Below are positions 32,177 to 41,968 of a stretch of 64,000 nucleotides of DNA, piece by piece. The DNA is from an uncultured virus (IMG/VR IMGVR_UViG_3300032227_002278) (Duplodnaviria; Heunggongvirae; Uroviricota; Caudoviricetes). Under the pieces are notes generated by a model. It was not told the origin of the DNA. It saw only the letters and a list, made by a program, of their open reading frames with translations, and did no database searches. The translations under genes and the position numbers were made by a program. The first letter of the stretch is position 1; every line of letters starts with the position of its first letter. The stretch is from IMG/VR virus record IMGVR_UViG_3300032227_002278; one strand, 5' to 3'.

Positions 32177-33433
32177 GATCTTCGAGCCAAGGAAGCTCCC
32201 GGCTTCAGCCGGGGGAGGAATTGGCTCATAATAAAATTTTAGTCAAGTGATTTTTTTTTTCAATGGCAAGTGTATATAATTATACCATGAAGGCTACGCT
32301 CAAAATTAAATTGCTGACCAACCCAGAAGAATCCAAGAAACTCTTGGACACAATGGAAGTGTTTAATACAGCTTGCCAAGAAATAGCCGAAGTTTGCTAC
32401 AAAAATCAATCAGCAAACAAAGTGACAATTCAAAAAGAAGTTTATTACAATATCAAAGCAAAATACAATCTGTCTGCACAATTGGTAATTCGTTGTATTG
32501 CAAAAGCATGTGAATCATATGCCAAAAACAAAAAGATTTGTCCCAAAATTAAAAAGCACGGCTCAGTAACATATGACCAAAGAATACTAGCGTTCAAAGG
32601 ATTGGACAAAGTTAGCATTACAACAGTCTATGGAAGATTAAAAATTCCTGTTTTGATTAGAGATTATTTTAGAGGTCATGCAAGTAGAATGAAAGGTCAA
32701 TGTGACCTTCTCTATATCAATAGAGAATTCTATTTGTATGCTACTTGCGATTTACCAGAAGATAAAACTGTTGATATTAAAAATGTTATTGGTGTTGATT
32801 TGGGTGTAACCAATATTGCTGTAACATCCGAAAAAGAATTTTTTTCAAATGAAAAAGTTGAAAACAAAAGAACCAAATATGCAAAGCTAAGAAAGCATTT
32901 GCAAAAGAAACAAACCAAATCAGCCAAAAGAAAGCTGAAAAAGATTAGCGGCAAAGAGTCAAGATTCAGAAAGGATGTTAATCATCAGATAAGTAAAAAG
33001 ATCGTTTCCAAGGCAAAAAGCACAAACTCTGCAATAGCACTTGAAGAACTCAAAGGTATTAAAGAGCGGACAATTGTTAAAAAATGCCGTAAGAAACAAA
33101 GAGATAAAAGGAACGCTTGGAGTTTCCATCAGTTGAAGTTGTTTATTAGCTATAAAGCTCAACTGGCTGGCGTTCCTGTTGTCATAGTGAATCCTGCTTA
33201 TACATCGCAAATGTGCCCTAAATGCACAGCAATTGATGCTGATAACAGGAAAACCCAAAGTGAATTTTGTTGCACAGGTTGCAACTACACCGAACATGCT
33301 GATGTTGTTGGGGCAACCAATATAGCATCAGCAGGGGCTGCATCAATCAGCCTATTGTCGTCCGCTAACCAGTTGCAAAAAGCTAGTTAGAATTGGAATG
33401 ACAAGCTCCCGGCTTCAGCCGGGGGTAGTTGAC
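32177..33433 (+). mobile_element. tnpB-only IS200/IS605 (IS1341-like) element inserted 3' of TCAC
   Basis: Subterminal hairpins CCCGGCTTCAGCCGGG at both ends; right end ...GGTAGTTGAC; boundaries fixed by comparison with the 47330-47556 copy. Confidence 0.9.
32287..33390 (+). CDS. tnpB: TnpB RNA-guided nuclease, catalytic triad intact
   Basis: GVDLG, ALEEL, HADVVGA; CPKC...CTGC. Confidence 0.92.
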   Translation: MKATLKIKLLTNPEESKKLLDTMEVFNTACQEIAEVCYKNQSANKVTIQKEVYYNIKAKYNLSAQLVIRCIAKACESYAKNKKICPKIKKHGSVTYDQRILAFKGLDKVSITTVYGRLKIPVLIRDYFRGHASRMKGQCDLLYINREFYLYATCDLPEDKTVDIKNVIGVDLGVTNIAVTSEKEFFSNEKVENKRTKYAKLRKHLQKKQTKSAKRKLKKISGKESRFRKDVNHQISKKIVSKAKSTNSAIALEELKGIKERTIVKKCRKKQRDKRNAWSFHQLKLFISYKAQLAGVPVVIVNPAYTSQMCPKCTAIDADNRKTQSEFCCTGCNYTEHADVVGATNIASAGAASISLLSSANQLQKAS

Positions 33434-33450
33434 CAGAAGACTGGAAAGGA
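33333..33450 (+). ncRNA. Putative omegaRNA (reRNA) scaffold plus guide CAGAAGACTGGAAAGG
   Basis: Overlaps the tnpB 3' end through the right end; GGGCTGCATCAATCAGCC is also conserved in the orphan copy. Confidence 0.65.
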
Positions 33451-33516
33451 ATACCCATAAATAGATTAACATCAGAAAATCTAAGCTTCAAAAATTATGT
33501 TAATAAAAGAGATAAT

Positions 33517-33752
33517 AACTAATTATAATTTATAACAATCCCAATTCCATACCAGTAAAATTTGTTATAATTTATAACAATGCATTTTCCATACCAGTAA
33601 AATTTGTTATAATTTATAACAATCCCATTTACTACACATTATAACTAATTATAATTTATAACAATGCATTTTCCATACCAGTAAAATTTGTTATAATTTA
33701 TAACAATCCCATTTACTACACATTATAACTAATTATAATTTATAACAATGCA
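33517..33752. repeat. Iteron-like array: six TTATAATTTATAACAAT cores at an exact 42-bp period
   Basis: Cores start at 33523, 33565, 33607, 33649, 33691, 33733. Confidence 0.9.
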
Positions 33753-33779
33753 TTTGGATTAACTGGGCGAAGCCTTTAA

Positions 33780-33975
33780 TGAAATTGCATATAGTTAAGT
33801 CCTATATCAATGAATTGCATATCATTGCCGTCTATGTCAAAGGTTTCCATATAGACAAAATGCATATCGGCAAGTTACATATCAATAAAACACATATCAA
33901 TAAAACACATATCGGCAAGTTACATATCGGCAAGTTACATATCAACAAAACACATATCAACACTGCATATCAACA
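33780..33975 (+). repeat. 15-bp-period CATATC repeat array
   Basis: CAAGTTACATATCGG / TAAAACACATATCAA units. Confidence 0.8.
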
Positions 33976-34243
33976 CGGTAGTTTGCTTAATATTTAGCAA
34001 GGTATGATATCACTTTGGTATCAAAGTGATAGTATTTGGATATAAATTTGGTATCTTTGTAGAATCTTTTAAAAACTATTATCAATTATAGGAATAAGTT
34101 ATAGTATTTTCTTAAAAATGAGAACGGGGCAGAACAAGTTTTAAGTATAACACTTCTGACCCGTTCTTCATTAAATGTCTTCAAACTGGAAACTCCCTTT
34201 GGGAACTTTATGCAATTTAAAGGGATTTTATACCATTTTTATC

Positions 34244-34702
34244 CTATTTTATTGTCAAAAGGACTTTTTCTTTAGGTTTTTCTGGTTCTATTTCCCAAGT
34301 GATTGCAAGGATTCCATCCTTTAGAGACAGGCTAGGTGGTTTGTTTACACCAGATTCTGGACCTGGGCAGGCGATATTTCTGCTGAAGGAGGATGTTCTT
34401 AATTCTCTTAGATAGAATTTGCTAGTTTCAGGAGCGGAATATTCTTTAGACATTTTTCCTCTTATGGTGAGAGTGAAGTCTTCGTGCCATTCTACTTCGA
34501 GATTTTCTTTTGTTACGCCTGGGACGGCGATGTGCATGGATATTGTTTTACCATCTGAGTAGTAATTAAGTTTGGGATAATTAGTATTTGCTTTAGTGGA
34601 ATTAAGAAGAGAATTTTTGTTTGAGAAGAAGTCATCAAAGAATTTATTGAAAGTAACTTCGATTGGAAAGAAATAATCATCCCTATTGGGTAGTGACTGC
34701 AT
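34244..34702 (-). CDS. Small heat-shock protein (Hsp20)
   Basis: YPKLN, AVPGVTKENLEV, LKDGILAI. Confidence 0.9.
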   Translation of the reverse strand: MQSLPNRDDYFFPIEVTFNKFFDDFFSNKNSLLNSTKANTNYPKLNYYSDGKTISMHIAVPGVTKENLEVEWHEDFTLTIRGKMSKEYSAPETSKFYLRELRTSSFSRNIACPGPESGVNKPPSLSLKDGILAITWEIEPEKPKEKVLLTIK

Positions 34703-35225
34703 AAAACACCTCGTTTAAAAGTTTTAGGACCACTATGGTTCCAAGGGGGTTCTACTTGTGAACACCCATATTAATATACTGTTTTGAGATTAAAAAAGTT
34801 TGATTTTCTTTGGATGAACAGAAAAGTAGGAATACTGAAGAATTCGGTAGAGCCCCCTAGGTTCATTCCAGAAAAAGTAGAACCCCTTAAGTAAAAACTA
34901 TAAAAAGCTATCGAAATTTTCCTTGGGGGTTGTACTTAGGTTAATATAGGGGGCTGGATCTTTGGGGGTTGTACATTTTTTGTTGGAAATCTTTGGGGGT
35001 TCTGGCGTTTTGTTTAAATTTAATAAAACCGGGTAATTTAGACAATTGTCAGGGTGGTAGGGTGTTTGAAGTGGTTGTATTTTGATTGGGGGTCGTACAT
35101 TTTTGGTATTTTGATTGGGGGTTGTACATTTTGTTGTTGGCGGTGGTTGCGTCCCTTATATAATGGTGCGATTTTATTACGATAATTCTGAAGGGTATTC
35201 TTTTGGTTGTCGTGGAGGACTTGAG

Positions 35226-35396
35226 ATGACAGACGAGGCGATGAAAGCTATACGGGAACTTCGGGATCTAGGGTATGCGGTGTGCATATTTACTCCAGAG
35301 GAGTTGAATGGAGCAAAGCCCCATAAGGTAGAGGATGAGCTTGTTTCTGCTGGCTGGGACATTATTGATAATTTGGCTACAGAGGAGGATGTATGA
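35226..35396 (+). CDS. Hypothetical protein
   Basis: Motif, GGAGG RBS, ATG. Confidence 0.6.
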   Translation: MTDEAMKAIRELRDLGYAVCIFTPEELNGAKPHKVEDELVSAGWDIIDNLATEEDV

Positions 35397-35605
35397 TAGA
35401 ACCTATTGTTGTTAAGTTGGATATAGACTGGGCTTCTTTGAGGGAACAAAAGGCTGAGTTAATTAAGTATGCTTGGAAAGATACTGATAGCAATAAGTTG
35501 CTTGAAGGGATTATCAGCATTATAGATGCTATTCAGGATCAAGCTGTGGATGAAAATGGTTTGAGTGAGATGTTGGTATTTGGGGAGAATTTTGGGAAGT
35601 CTTGA
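35393..35605 (+). CDS. Hypothetical protein
   Basis: ATGA-coupled ORF. Confidence 0.6.
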   Translation: MIEPIVVKLDIDWASLREQKAELIKYAWKDTDSNKLLEGIISIIDAIQDQAVDENGLSEMLVFGENFGKS

Positions 35606-35653
35606 AAATTACAATAATTTTGTGGCGTATGACCACTTAAGGAGGAATTGAAA

Positions 35654-35869
35654 ATGATGAGAAAGATGCAGATTAAAGAAATCCTATTAAATACTTACGC
35701 TCCAGAGAGTGTAGGTATTGGTCGTTACAAAAGCAATTTGGCTTACAAATTATGTAACCATGATGTTGGAGTAGATGATCTAGCTAATTATGATGCTGTG
35801 GTTGTGGAAGCATTTAAGGAAGCAGAATTGTTGAAGATGGAGTGGAAAGATTTTCCAGAACTTTCTTAA
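35654..35869 (+). CDS. Hypothetical protein
   Basis: AAGGAGG RBS. Confidence 0.6.
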   Translation: MMRKMQIKEILLNTYAPESVGIGRYKSNLAYKLCNHDVGVDDLANYDAVVVEAFKEAELLKMEWKDFPELS

Positions 35870-35876
35870 TTTTATA

Positions 35877-35932
35877 CTCCCGGTGTGGGGCTGTATAATA
35901 CCTAGGTCACACCACCTAGGTTTTTTAAGGAG
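35877..35932 (+). ncRNA. Kissing-loop leader/attenuator RNA, copy 1
   Basis: CTCCCGGTGTGGGG...CCTAGGTCACACCACCTAGGTTTTTTAAGGAG. Confidence 0.6.
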
Positions 35933-35938
35933 TTGAAA

Positions 35939-36499
35939 ATGGCTACTAGAGGTACTTATCAGTTTATTGATGATTCTACTAAGACTACCATTTATGTTCA
36001 TTGGGACAATTATTTGGATGGTGCAGCAAAGTATTTTTATAATATGCTGACTAATCCCAGTAAAGGCAATTTGGCGACTCAGTTCATTAGAGCAGTTGAT
36101 AGTGCTGAAATAACAAAGTCTCATGCTCGTCATGGAGATACTGAATTTCAGTATAATATAAAAGGTTCTGATGGTGGTGCAGAACTTGTGGTCAATAGTC
36201 CATGCACTAATACAGTTGTGTATAGTGGCACAATTGTTGACTTTATTGAAAAGAATAATAATTTAATTGAAGGTTACAAGCCTATCAGGAAGTATGTCAA
36301 TGAGTGGGGTATTAGTAATTATATAAATGCTGATATGGCTAGAAAGATTATTGAAGACAAATTGAATACTATGGAAGTGTGGAAAGACAAAGATTCTTCT
36401 AACTGGAAGAGTTATGCAGAACATATTAAAACTATAGTAGAGTGTTTCCCAGAGTTGAAAGAGTATAAAGGAGTTATCAATGAACAAGCACACAAGTGA
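35939..36499 (+). CDS. Hypothetical phage protein (MATRG...YVHWDNY family)
   Basis: RBS; motif common in phage ORFs. Confidence 0.65.
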   Translation: MATRGTYQFIDDSTKTTIYVHWDNYLDGAAKYFYNMLTNPSKGNLATQFIRAVDSAEITKSHARHGDTEFQYNIKGSDGGAELVVNSPCTNTVVYSGTIVDFIEKNNNLIEGYKPIRKYVNEWGISNYINADMARKIIEDKLNTMEVWKDKDSSNWKSYAEHIKTIVECFPELKEYKGVINEQAHK

Positions 36500-37253
36500 A
36501 GTTATTTCTGCCAGTATTCAAGGGTTTGTGCCCATGCTCGGCGGCTTGCTGGTTGTAATTCTGCCCTTGATGGTATATTTTTCTGAAACAGGCTGGTACA
36601 GGGCAAACAAAGAAGCTTTGAATGAAAAAAAAACATACGAAGCCTTAATAGTTGAAACTAATGCCAAACAAGTTAAACTAGATCAAAGCATGAAAGCATT
36701 TAGTGATAACAATGAAAAGGCTATCATGGCCAAGACGGAATTTGATTTAAAACAAAAACAGTTAGTTGCGGACATTCGTGCTGAAAAATTAGATTTGCAG
36801 CGAGAACATGCAGATAAGTTAAATGCTTTGCAAGCAAAAATGGACGCTAAAGAAGCCGACTTAGAGAAAGCTAAAAAGAAAACTGATAAACTTTTGGCTG
36901 ATGCTCAAAAATTTATGGATACAGCAAAAACCTTGGAAGAAGAAGCAGACAAACAATTTTTGAAAAACAATGGAGATGGCGAAGCTATTGCCAATATGAT
37001 TACAGTATTAAAAGAAAATGCAGAAGCTTTAAGTAAACATTGCGACAATTATGACAAGACGGACGATCCGTTCTTCATAGATGTTATTGAAAAAAGAATT
37101 TTTCAAAGTTACAAAGTCATAGCAAATTCAACAAAAATTGCCAAAGAACTGAATTTAAAGTTCAACAATAAAAACCTTAACAATAGCTTAAACTTGGCAG
37201 ATGCTCAAATGGTTCGTGCTGCTAAAAAGCTTAGAGGTAATGTGCCTAAATAG
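36480..37253 (+). CDS. Membrane-anchored coiled-coil protein
   Basis: TM helix then long coiled coil. Confidence 0.65.
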   Translation: MNKHTSEVISASIQGFVPMLGGLLVVILPLMVYFSETGWYRANKEALNEKKTYEALIVETNAKQVKLDQSMKAFSDNNEKAIMAKTEFDLKQKQLVADIRAEKLDLQREHADKLNALQAKMDAKEADLEKAKKKTDKLLADAQKFMDTAKTLEEEADKQFLKNNGDGEAIANMITVLKENAEALSKHCDNYDKTDDPFFIDVIEKRIFQSYKVIANSTKIAKELNLKFNNKNLNNSLNLADAQMVRAAKKLRGNVPK

Positions 37254-37330
37254 CCGTGATAACACAATAATTTCAATAAGTTTGCATATCCACTTGTCCG
37301 TAAGGTTCACCAATATTAGGAGTTTAAGCT

Positions 37331-37582
37331 ATGTCTGAGAAGTTTGTAGTTAGAGTTGTTGTGGGTGGAGTGGGGTATGAAGGACCAGATATGTGGTTCG
37401 TTAAGGTTATTTGCAATCAAGAGCAGCTTGATGAAGGTCTGCACTATGAGGCAGCAAAGAATTGGGTTGGTGAGAACATACTGAATGCAGATGATATCAA
37501 TTGGGCTTGTGATGACAAAGACCCAGCTAAAGCTATCTTAGATTGTTTTAATTGGGATACTGCAAGGATCGTGAAGATTTGA
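37331..37582 (+). CDS. Hypothetical protein
   Basis: AGGAG RBS. Confidence 0.6.
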   Translation: MSEKFVVRVVVGGVGYEGPDMWFVKVICNQEQLDEGLHYEAAKNWVGENILNADDINWACDDKDPAKAILDCFNWDTARIVKI

Positions 37583-37633
37583 GAATTACGATAATTTTAA
37601 AGGATGTTGTTTTAGGTGTCGTGGAGGACAATT

Positions 37634-37930
37634 ATGAAAGACAGCGAGGTTGAGGTTGGATTTAGTGTCACTGGTTCCTTTTGGGTAGATCCAGAAAGGT
37701 TCACGGTTGAGAAGGATGCTGATGGGAATGTTGTGGCGTTGGTTCCAAAGTTGTATGGTGGGATGACTGCTAAATATCGTCTGACATTGGCGATTGAGAT
37801 TGAGGACAATCCTGAGCGGTTCCGAGTAATTTATAGTGAAAAGACTATGGCTGAAGAGTGTGGTCTTCAAGCCCTTAATTATGACTCGCTGGACTTCCAA
37901 ACCGGCGGTCAGTTGGATGAGGCTGTTTAG
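37634..37930 (+). CDS. Hypothetical protein
   Basis: Motif, GGAGG RBS, ATG. Confidence 0.6.
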   Translation: MKDSEVEVGFSVTGSFWVDPERFTVEKDADGNVVALVPKLYGGMTAKYRLTLAIEIEDNPERFRVIYSEKTMAEECGLQALNYDSLDFQTGGQLDEAV

Positions 37931-37961
37931 TATGTTTTTAACCAAATATAAGGAGCAAGCT

Positions 37962-38144
37962 ATGAGAGACAAGATTATTCAATTTGCAGTTAATTTCCTA
38001 AAGAGCAATATTGAAGATTCACAAGTAGAAGCAGCTCTTGCAGTCAACCTTGGATTGGCAGAGAATGAAGAGGACTATGATGGCGAGAGCTATGACAAGA
38101 TCGTAAAACTTCTTGAAGAAGCTACACAAACGACTGGCGGCTGA
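37962..38144 (+). CDS. Hypothetical protein
   Basis: AAGGAG RBS. Confidence 0.55.
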   Translation: MRDKIIQFAVNFLKSNIEDSQVEAALAVNLGLAENEEDYDGESYDKIVKLLEEATQTTGG

Positions 38145-38221
38145 TTCCTTCCCGGTGTTTTAAAAATTACGATAATTTTAAAGGATGTTGTTTTAGGTGT
38201 AGGATAAATGGAGGATTTGAT

Positions 38222-38470
38222 ATGTCTGAGATTAAGCTAAAAGATGGTGATTATTATTTACAGGATGGGGCTGCATGGTTGCGTATTAACAATGTTAGCA
38301 TTCGCATATATGCAACTACCAGTTCTGTTTCAGTAAAGTTATTGCCATTTAAGTTTGAGAATGAAGGCTCGCCTTTAGATGAGTGTAGCATTAGTTGGGA
38401 AGAAGTAGATGGTTATATTGAAGAAATTAATATAGAGAAGAAAATACAAGAAGAAGAAGATAGTAAATAA
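38222..38470 (+). CDS. Hypothetical protein
   Basis: Motif, GGAGG RBS. Confidence 0.6.
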   Translation: MSEIKLKDGDYYLQDGAAWLRINNVSIRIYATTSSVSVKLLPFKFENEGSPLDECSISWEEVDGYIEEINIEKKIQEEEDSK

Positions 38471-38520
38471 AGTTATTGATATGTTGTTTTTGCATATCAA
38501 CATTTAGAAAGGATGAAAAT

Positions 38521-38829
38521 ATGTTTAAAAATTTTTTATGTAAAGACAGCAGAATGTTTAACGATATTAAAGCAAGTGAAGTATTTCTTGTTAGTGATGA
38601 TGACAGTTATCAGTCTGGTATAAGGTATAAGTTTGGATTGAGTTATTTAAATCCATTTTCAAATATGTGGTCAGGTAGAGTTCATCCGAATATGTCACAT
38701 AATGTTTGGTTTAACAATTATTTTGAATCTTCTAAAGTTTTTGCATATAGTAGTGAAAATTGGGAATGGGTTTTGGAAAGTATATTGATTGGTCCTAATT
38801 GGAATAAGGACAGAGAGCAGTATACATGA
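38521..38829 (+). CDS. Hypothetical protein
   Basis: AAGGA RBS. Confidence 0.5.
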   Translation: MFKNFLCKDSRMFNDIKASEVFLVSDDDSYQSGIRYKFGLSYLNPFSNMWSGRVHPNMSHNVWFNNYFESSKVFAYSSENWEWVLESILIGPNWNKDREQYT

Positions 38830-38966
38830 ACCAGTTTGTTAGATGGTGTTTGGATGGATTACGATAATTTTTTGGGATGTTGTTTTAGTTGAAAAGGATT
38901 AATTTGAAGGTCTGATGGTGGATTTTTTCGAGTGTATCCTTTAATGGAATTTAAGGGGGAATAATT

Positions 38967-39575
38967 ATGCAGAAGAATGATGGGTTTGCGAAGTGGAAGT
39001 CTCGTTTAGATTTTTTCAAGACAGACATGGGTTTTGGACCTTTGAAACAATATCGAAATGAGGATGGGAATCTGCATCGGGATAATGGACCGGCGTGGAT
39101 ATCACCAACTAGGACTATTTGGTATCAGAATGGCAGGAAGCATGGTCCTGATGCTGACATTCATGGTAGTATTCATTATTACTATGAGAACATCAGAATT
39201 CCTCCTCATTACTATACCAAGCCAGAGTCTCTTACATTAGAAGAAGTATTGGGTCATACCAATGCAGAGTGCCGATATGTAGGTATGAAGGCATTAGGTA
39301 TGGAAAAGGTAATGAATCACAAGAAGGCTAAGATCATTCATAAGGATGATAGCAAAGGTCAGATTCTGTTTACTGTATCTGGCATATTTGATGAGCCCGT
39401 ATCTTTTGTAAAGGTAGTTAATAGTACTCAAGAGCCAGACGGATCATTCAAGGATTACTTTTTGTGTGTCCCACCTCCATCAGAAGGAATTACTGACTGT
39501 CAAAAAGCTGTCGCATGGACTTTCGGCTTCAGCCCAGACAAAGCTAAGGATTACCAACCAGAACAGGAGACTTAG
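38967..39575 (+). CDS. DUF6745-like protein with LHRxxGPA repeat
   Basis: LHRDNGPA; VNSTQEPDGSFKDYFLCVPP...AVAWTFG...Y.P..ET. Confidence 0.75.
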   Translation: MQKNDGFAKWKSRLDFFKTDMGFGPLKQYRNEDGNLHRDNGPAWISPTRTIWYQNGRKHGPDADIHGSIHYYYENIRIPPHYYTKPESLTLEEVLGHTNAECRYVGMKALGMEKVMNHKKAKIIHKDDSKGQILFTVSGIFDEPVSFVKVVNSTQEPDGSFKDYFLCVPPPSEGITDCQKAVAWTFGFSPDKAKDYQPEQET

Positions 39576-39584
39576 AAATATTTC

Positions 39585-40463
39585 ATGGGTGGAAAAAGAA
39601 AATTTACTATAGAAGAGGTTGTCCAAGTGTTCGCATCGAATGGTTGTGAATACTTGGATAACTTTTATGTTAGGGATTCTTATAAACATACTTACAGGTG
39701 TGTTTGTGGCAGAGTAGATACAATTCAATTTAAACACTTCAAAAGAGGTGTCAGGTGTGGTTGGTGTTCAAAAAATAAAAAATTAAACATTGATGTAATA
39801 AAAGAAAGATATAAAAGTTTTGGCTTCGTATTACTAGACATGGTTTATATAAATGCTAATCATGCATACAAAATTAGATGCAAATGTGGGCAAGATAGAA
39901 ATTGTAGTTTAGATAAGTTGCAAAAAGGTTCTTCTTTAGTTTGCAACAATTGTCTCAAAAAAACTAATTGGGACATTGACATAGTCAAAAATTATTTTGA
40001 GGCTAACAATTGTGTGTTTATTGACAATGTGTGGATTGGCGCTAATCATCCGCACAGATATCAATGTTCTTGTGGAAATGTTGGCACAATTAGAATGAGT
40101 CATTTTAAAAGAGGACATAGGTGTTCTTCTTGTGCAAAAAATGGGTTCAAGAAAGATAAGCCAGCTTACTTATACTTGATTGCCAGACCTAATCAATTTA
40201 AAATTGGAATATACAATATTGAATCTAAAAGAATAACGGAGCATAAAAGAAACGGATGGGATTTGATGGAGCAGAGATATTATGAAATTGGTGAAGAAGC
40301 TTATGATGAAGAACAACGAATTTTAGATATGATGGAAAATCAAAATATACCTTTGGGTGATGCAGCCTTTAGGGAACCATTTGATGGATATACAGAGGCA
40401 TGGAACAGTGTTGATTTAGAGGTGTGTTCATTTATAGAGTTATATGCAAAGCTTTCCATATGA
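39585..40463 (+). CDS. Zn-ribbon-repeat putative homing endonuclease (GIY-YIG-like C-terminus)
   Basis: Three CxCG...RCxxC repeats; PAYLYLI...KIGI...GYTEAW. Confidence 0.65.
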   Translation: MGGKRKFTIEEVVQVFASNGCEYLDNFYVRDSYKHTYRCVCGRVDTIQFKHFKRGVRCGWCSKNKKLNIDVIKERYKSFGFVLLDMVYINANHAYKIRCKCGQDRNCSLDKLQKGSSLVCNNCLKKTNWDIDIVKNYFEANNCVFIDNVWIGANHPHRYQCSCGNVGTIRMSHFKRGHRCSSCAKNGFKKDKPAYLYLIARPNQFKIGIYNIESKRITEHKRNGWDLMEQRYYEIGEEAYDEEQRILDMMENQNIPLGDAAFREPFDGYTEAWNSVDLEVCSFIELYAKLSI

Positions 40464-40532
40464 TAGGTTTGCATATCAGCAAGGAATTACGATAATTTTA
40501 AAGGGTATTGTTTTAGGTAGGAGGGCAAGCCG

Positions 40533-40973
40533 ATGTATGAAGACGAGCAGGAAGAAGAAGCTGTTGTGAAGACTCCTATGGAGTCTGTGGTGGAATTTTT
40601 ACAGCAGGATGATTTTGAGCAAGCGTTGAGAATGGTATGCCAGAAACCTGATAGTTTTAATCATGAAGAGAGAAAGAAGGTAGCTACTTATTGTTTAAGC
40701 AGTATGCCAGAGTTAGCAGAAGAAGTATTTACTATCAGCAAGGTTAAGAACGATGTTGATATGATGAAGTATGCATATCATCATGTCAATTTAACCACTA
40801 ATAACAAGTTAGTATATGCGATTGAATTGGGATTGGATGCTGTAGCAGAGAAGCTAGCTCTTATTGCTACTAATCTTGACTTTGCCATCTATAAGTGTAT
40901 GTTATTGCAGAATGGCGAATTAGGTCAAAAGATAGTGAGGATTAAAGAGCAGAAACAAGAACAAACTACTTAA
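40533..40973 (+). CDS. Hypothetical protein
   Basis: Motif, AGGAGG RBS. Confidence 0.65.
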   Translation: MYEDEQEEEAVVKTPMESVVEFLQQDDFEQALRMVCQKPDSFNHEERKKVATYCLSSMPELAEEVFTISKVKNDVDMMKYAYHHVNLTTNNKLVYAIELGLDAVAEKLALIATNLDFAIYKCMLLQNGELGQKIVRIKEQKQEQTT

Positions 40974-40982
40974 GGAATTATC

Positions 40983-41801
40983 ATGTCTGTCTATAACTTT
41001 AATTATAGTACATGGACAGAGGGTGCTAACTTATTCTCTACCTTGTGCCAAGAAGATAGGTATGATGACGCTGCCTATCTTATGTTAACCGATATTTCTT
41101 ATGAGGATTTTGACTGTGAAGATAGATTGAGATTTCATGGAATGTACGAAAGCAAAATTATATCGCCTTGTAATCCATATCTGTTTAGCATATTAAAGAT
41201 GTCAGCAGAGCCGGATTATAAAGATAACATTGCAGAGTATTTATCCAAAGTTGGAAATTTTTTAAAACCTTATAACAATTTTGACATAGCAATGTATTGT
41301 TGTACTGATTTTGAAAATGATATGTTATCTGTTATTATCGATAATTTTGACAAGACTTCTAATAAGATTCCACATAGGATTTGTTTTAGATGTTTAGATA
41401 GGTTTTTAAATGAAGATAAAACTGATTGCGATAAGAGATGGATTAGGCAGAGTTTGTCTAAATTGATTAGCAAGGCTATGAAGTTGCATATAAAGATAGA
41501 AGATTATGCAGATGAATATGTAAACAAGATATATTCTATCTTGTCACCATATTCAATTGATGTATATTTTATGATGGTTGCAGTATTTGGAGAGAAGAAG
41601 TTATTAGGTGTAGCTGAGAAAATGGCTAATCATTTTATTGAGATTGATGATTTGGAGAGTGGTAGGAAGTTTATTGAGTTATGTGAAGGAGTATTTAATT
41701 GTCAGAATACTTCGAATGTTATTAAGCCTATTATTAATATTCACAAAAAGAAGAATATTTCTCGGGTTTGGCGGTCAGATCGGAATTACGATAATTCTTA
41801 G
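40983..41801 (+). CDS. Hypothetical protein
   Basis: 272-aa ORF. Confidence 0.65.
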   Translation: MSVYNFNYSTWTEGANLFSTLCQEDRYDDAAYLMLTDISYEDFDCEDRLRFHGMYESKIISPCNPYLFSILKMSAEPDYKDNIAEYLSKVGNFLKPYNNFDIAMYCCTDFENDMLSVIIDNFDKTSNKIPHRICFRCLDRFLNEDKTDCDKRWIRQSLSKLISKAMKLHIKIEDYADEYVNKIYSILSPYSIDVYFMMVAVFGEKKLLGVAEKMANHFIEIDDLESGRKFIELCEGVFNCQNTSNVIKPIINIHKKKNISRVWRSDRNYDNS

Positions 41802-41968
41802 GGCTGTTCTTTTATGTGTCGGGTGTTGACGAGTTTTGGTTCTTTAAAGAATGGCAAGTCGGAATTACGATAATTCTGAAGGCTGTTCTTTTATGTGTCG
41901 GGTTTGGTGGTGTTGACGAGTAGTCAATGCTGCTTGTTGTTTGTTTATTTACTTTAGGAGGATATTTA

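Noticed and set aside
33517..33752. CRISPR array next to tnpB (Cas12-like locus)
   Set aside because: Spacers are reused (two types) rather than unique, the array lies outside the IS right end, and tnpB has intact IS ends with its own omegaRNA.
33779..33997. Pentapeptide-repeat protein gene
   Set aside because: No clear RBS, and the ORF is explained by the 15-bp DNA periodicity. Listed as a repeat only.
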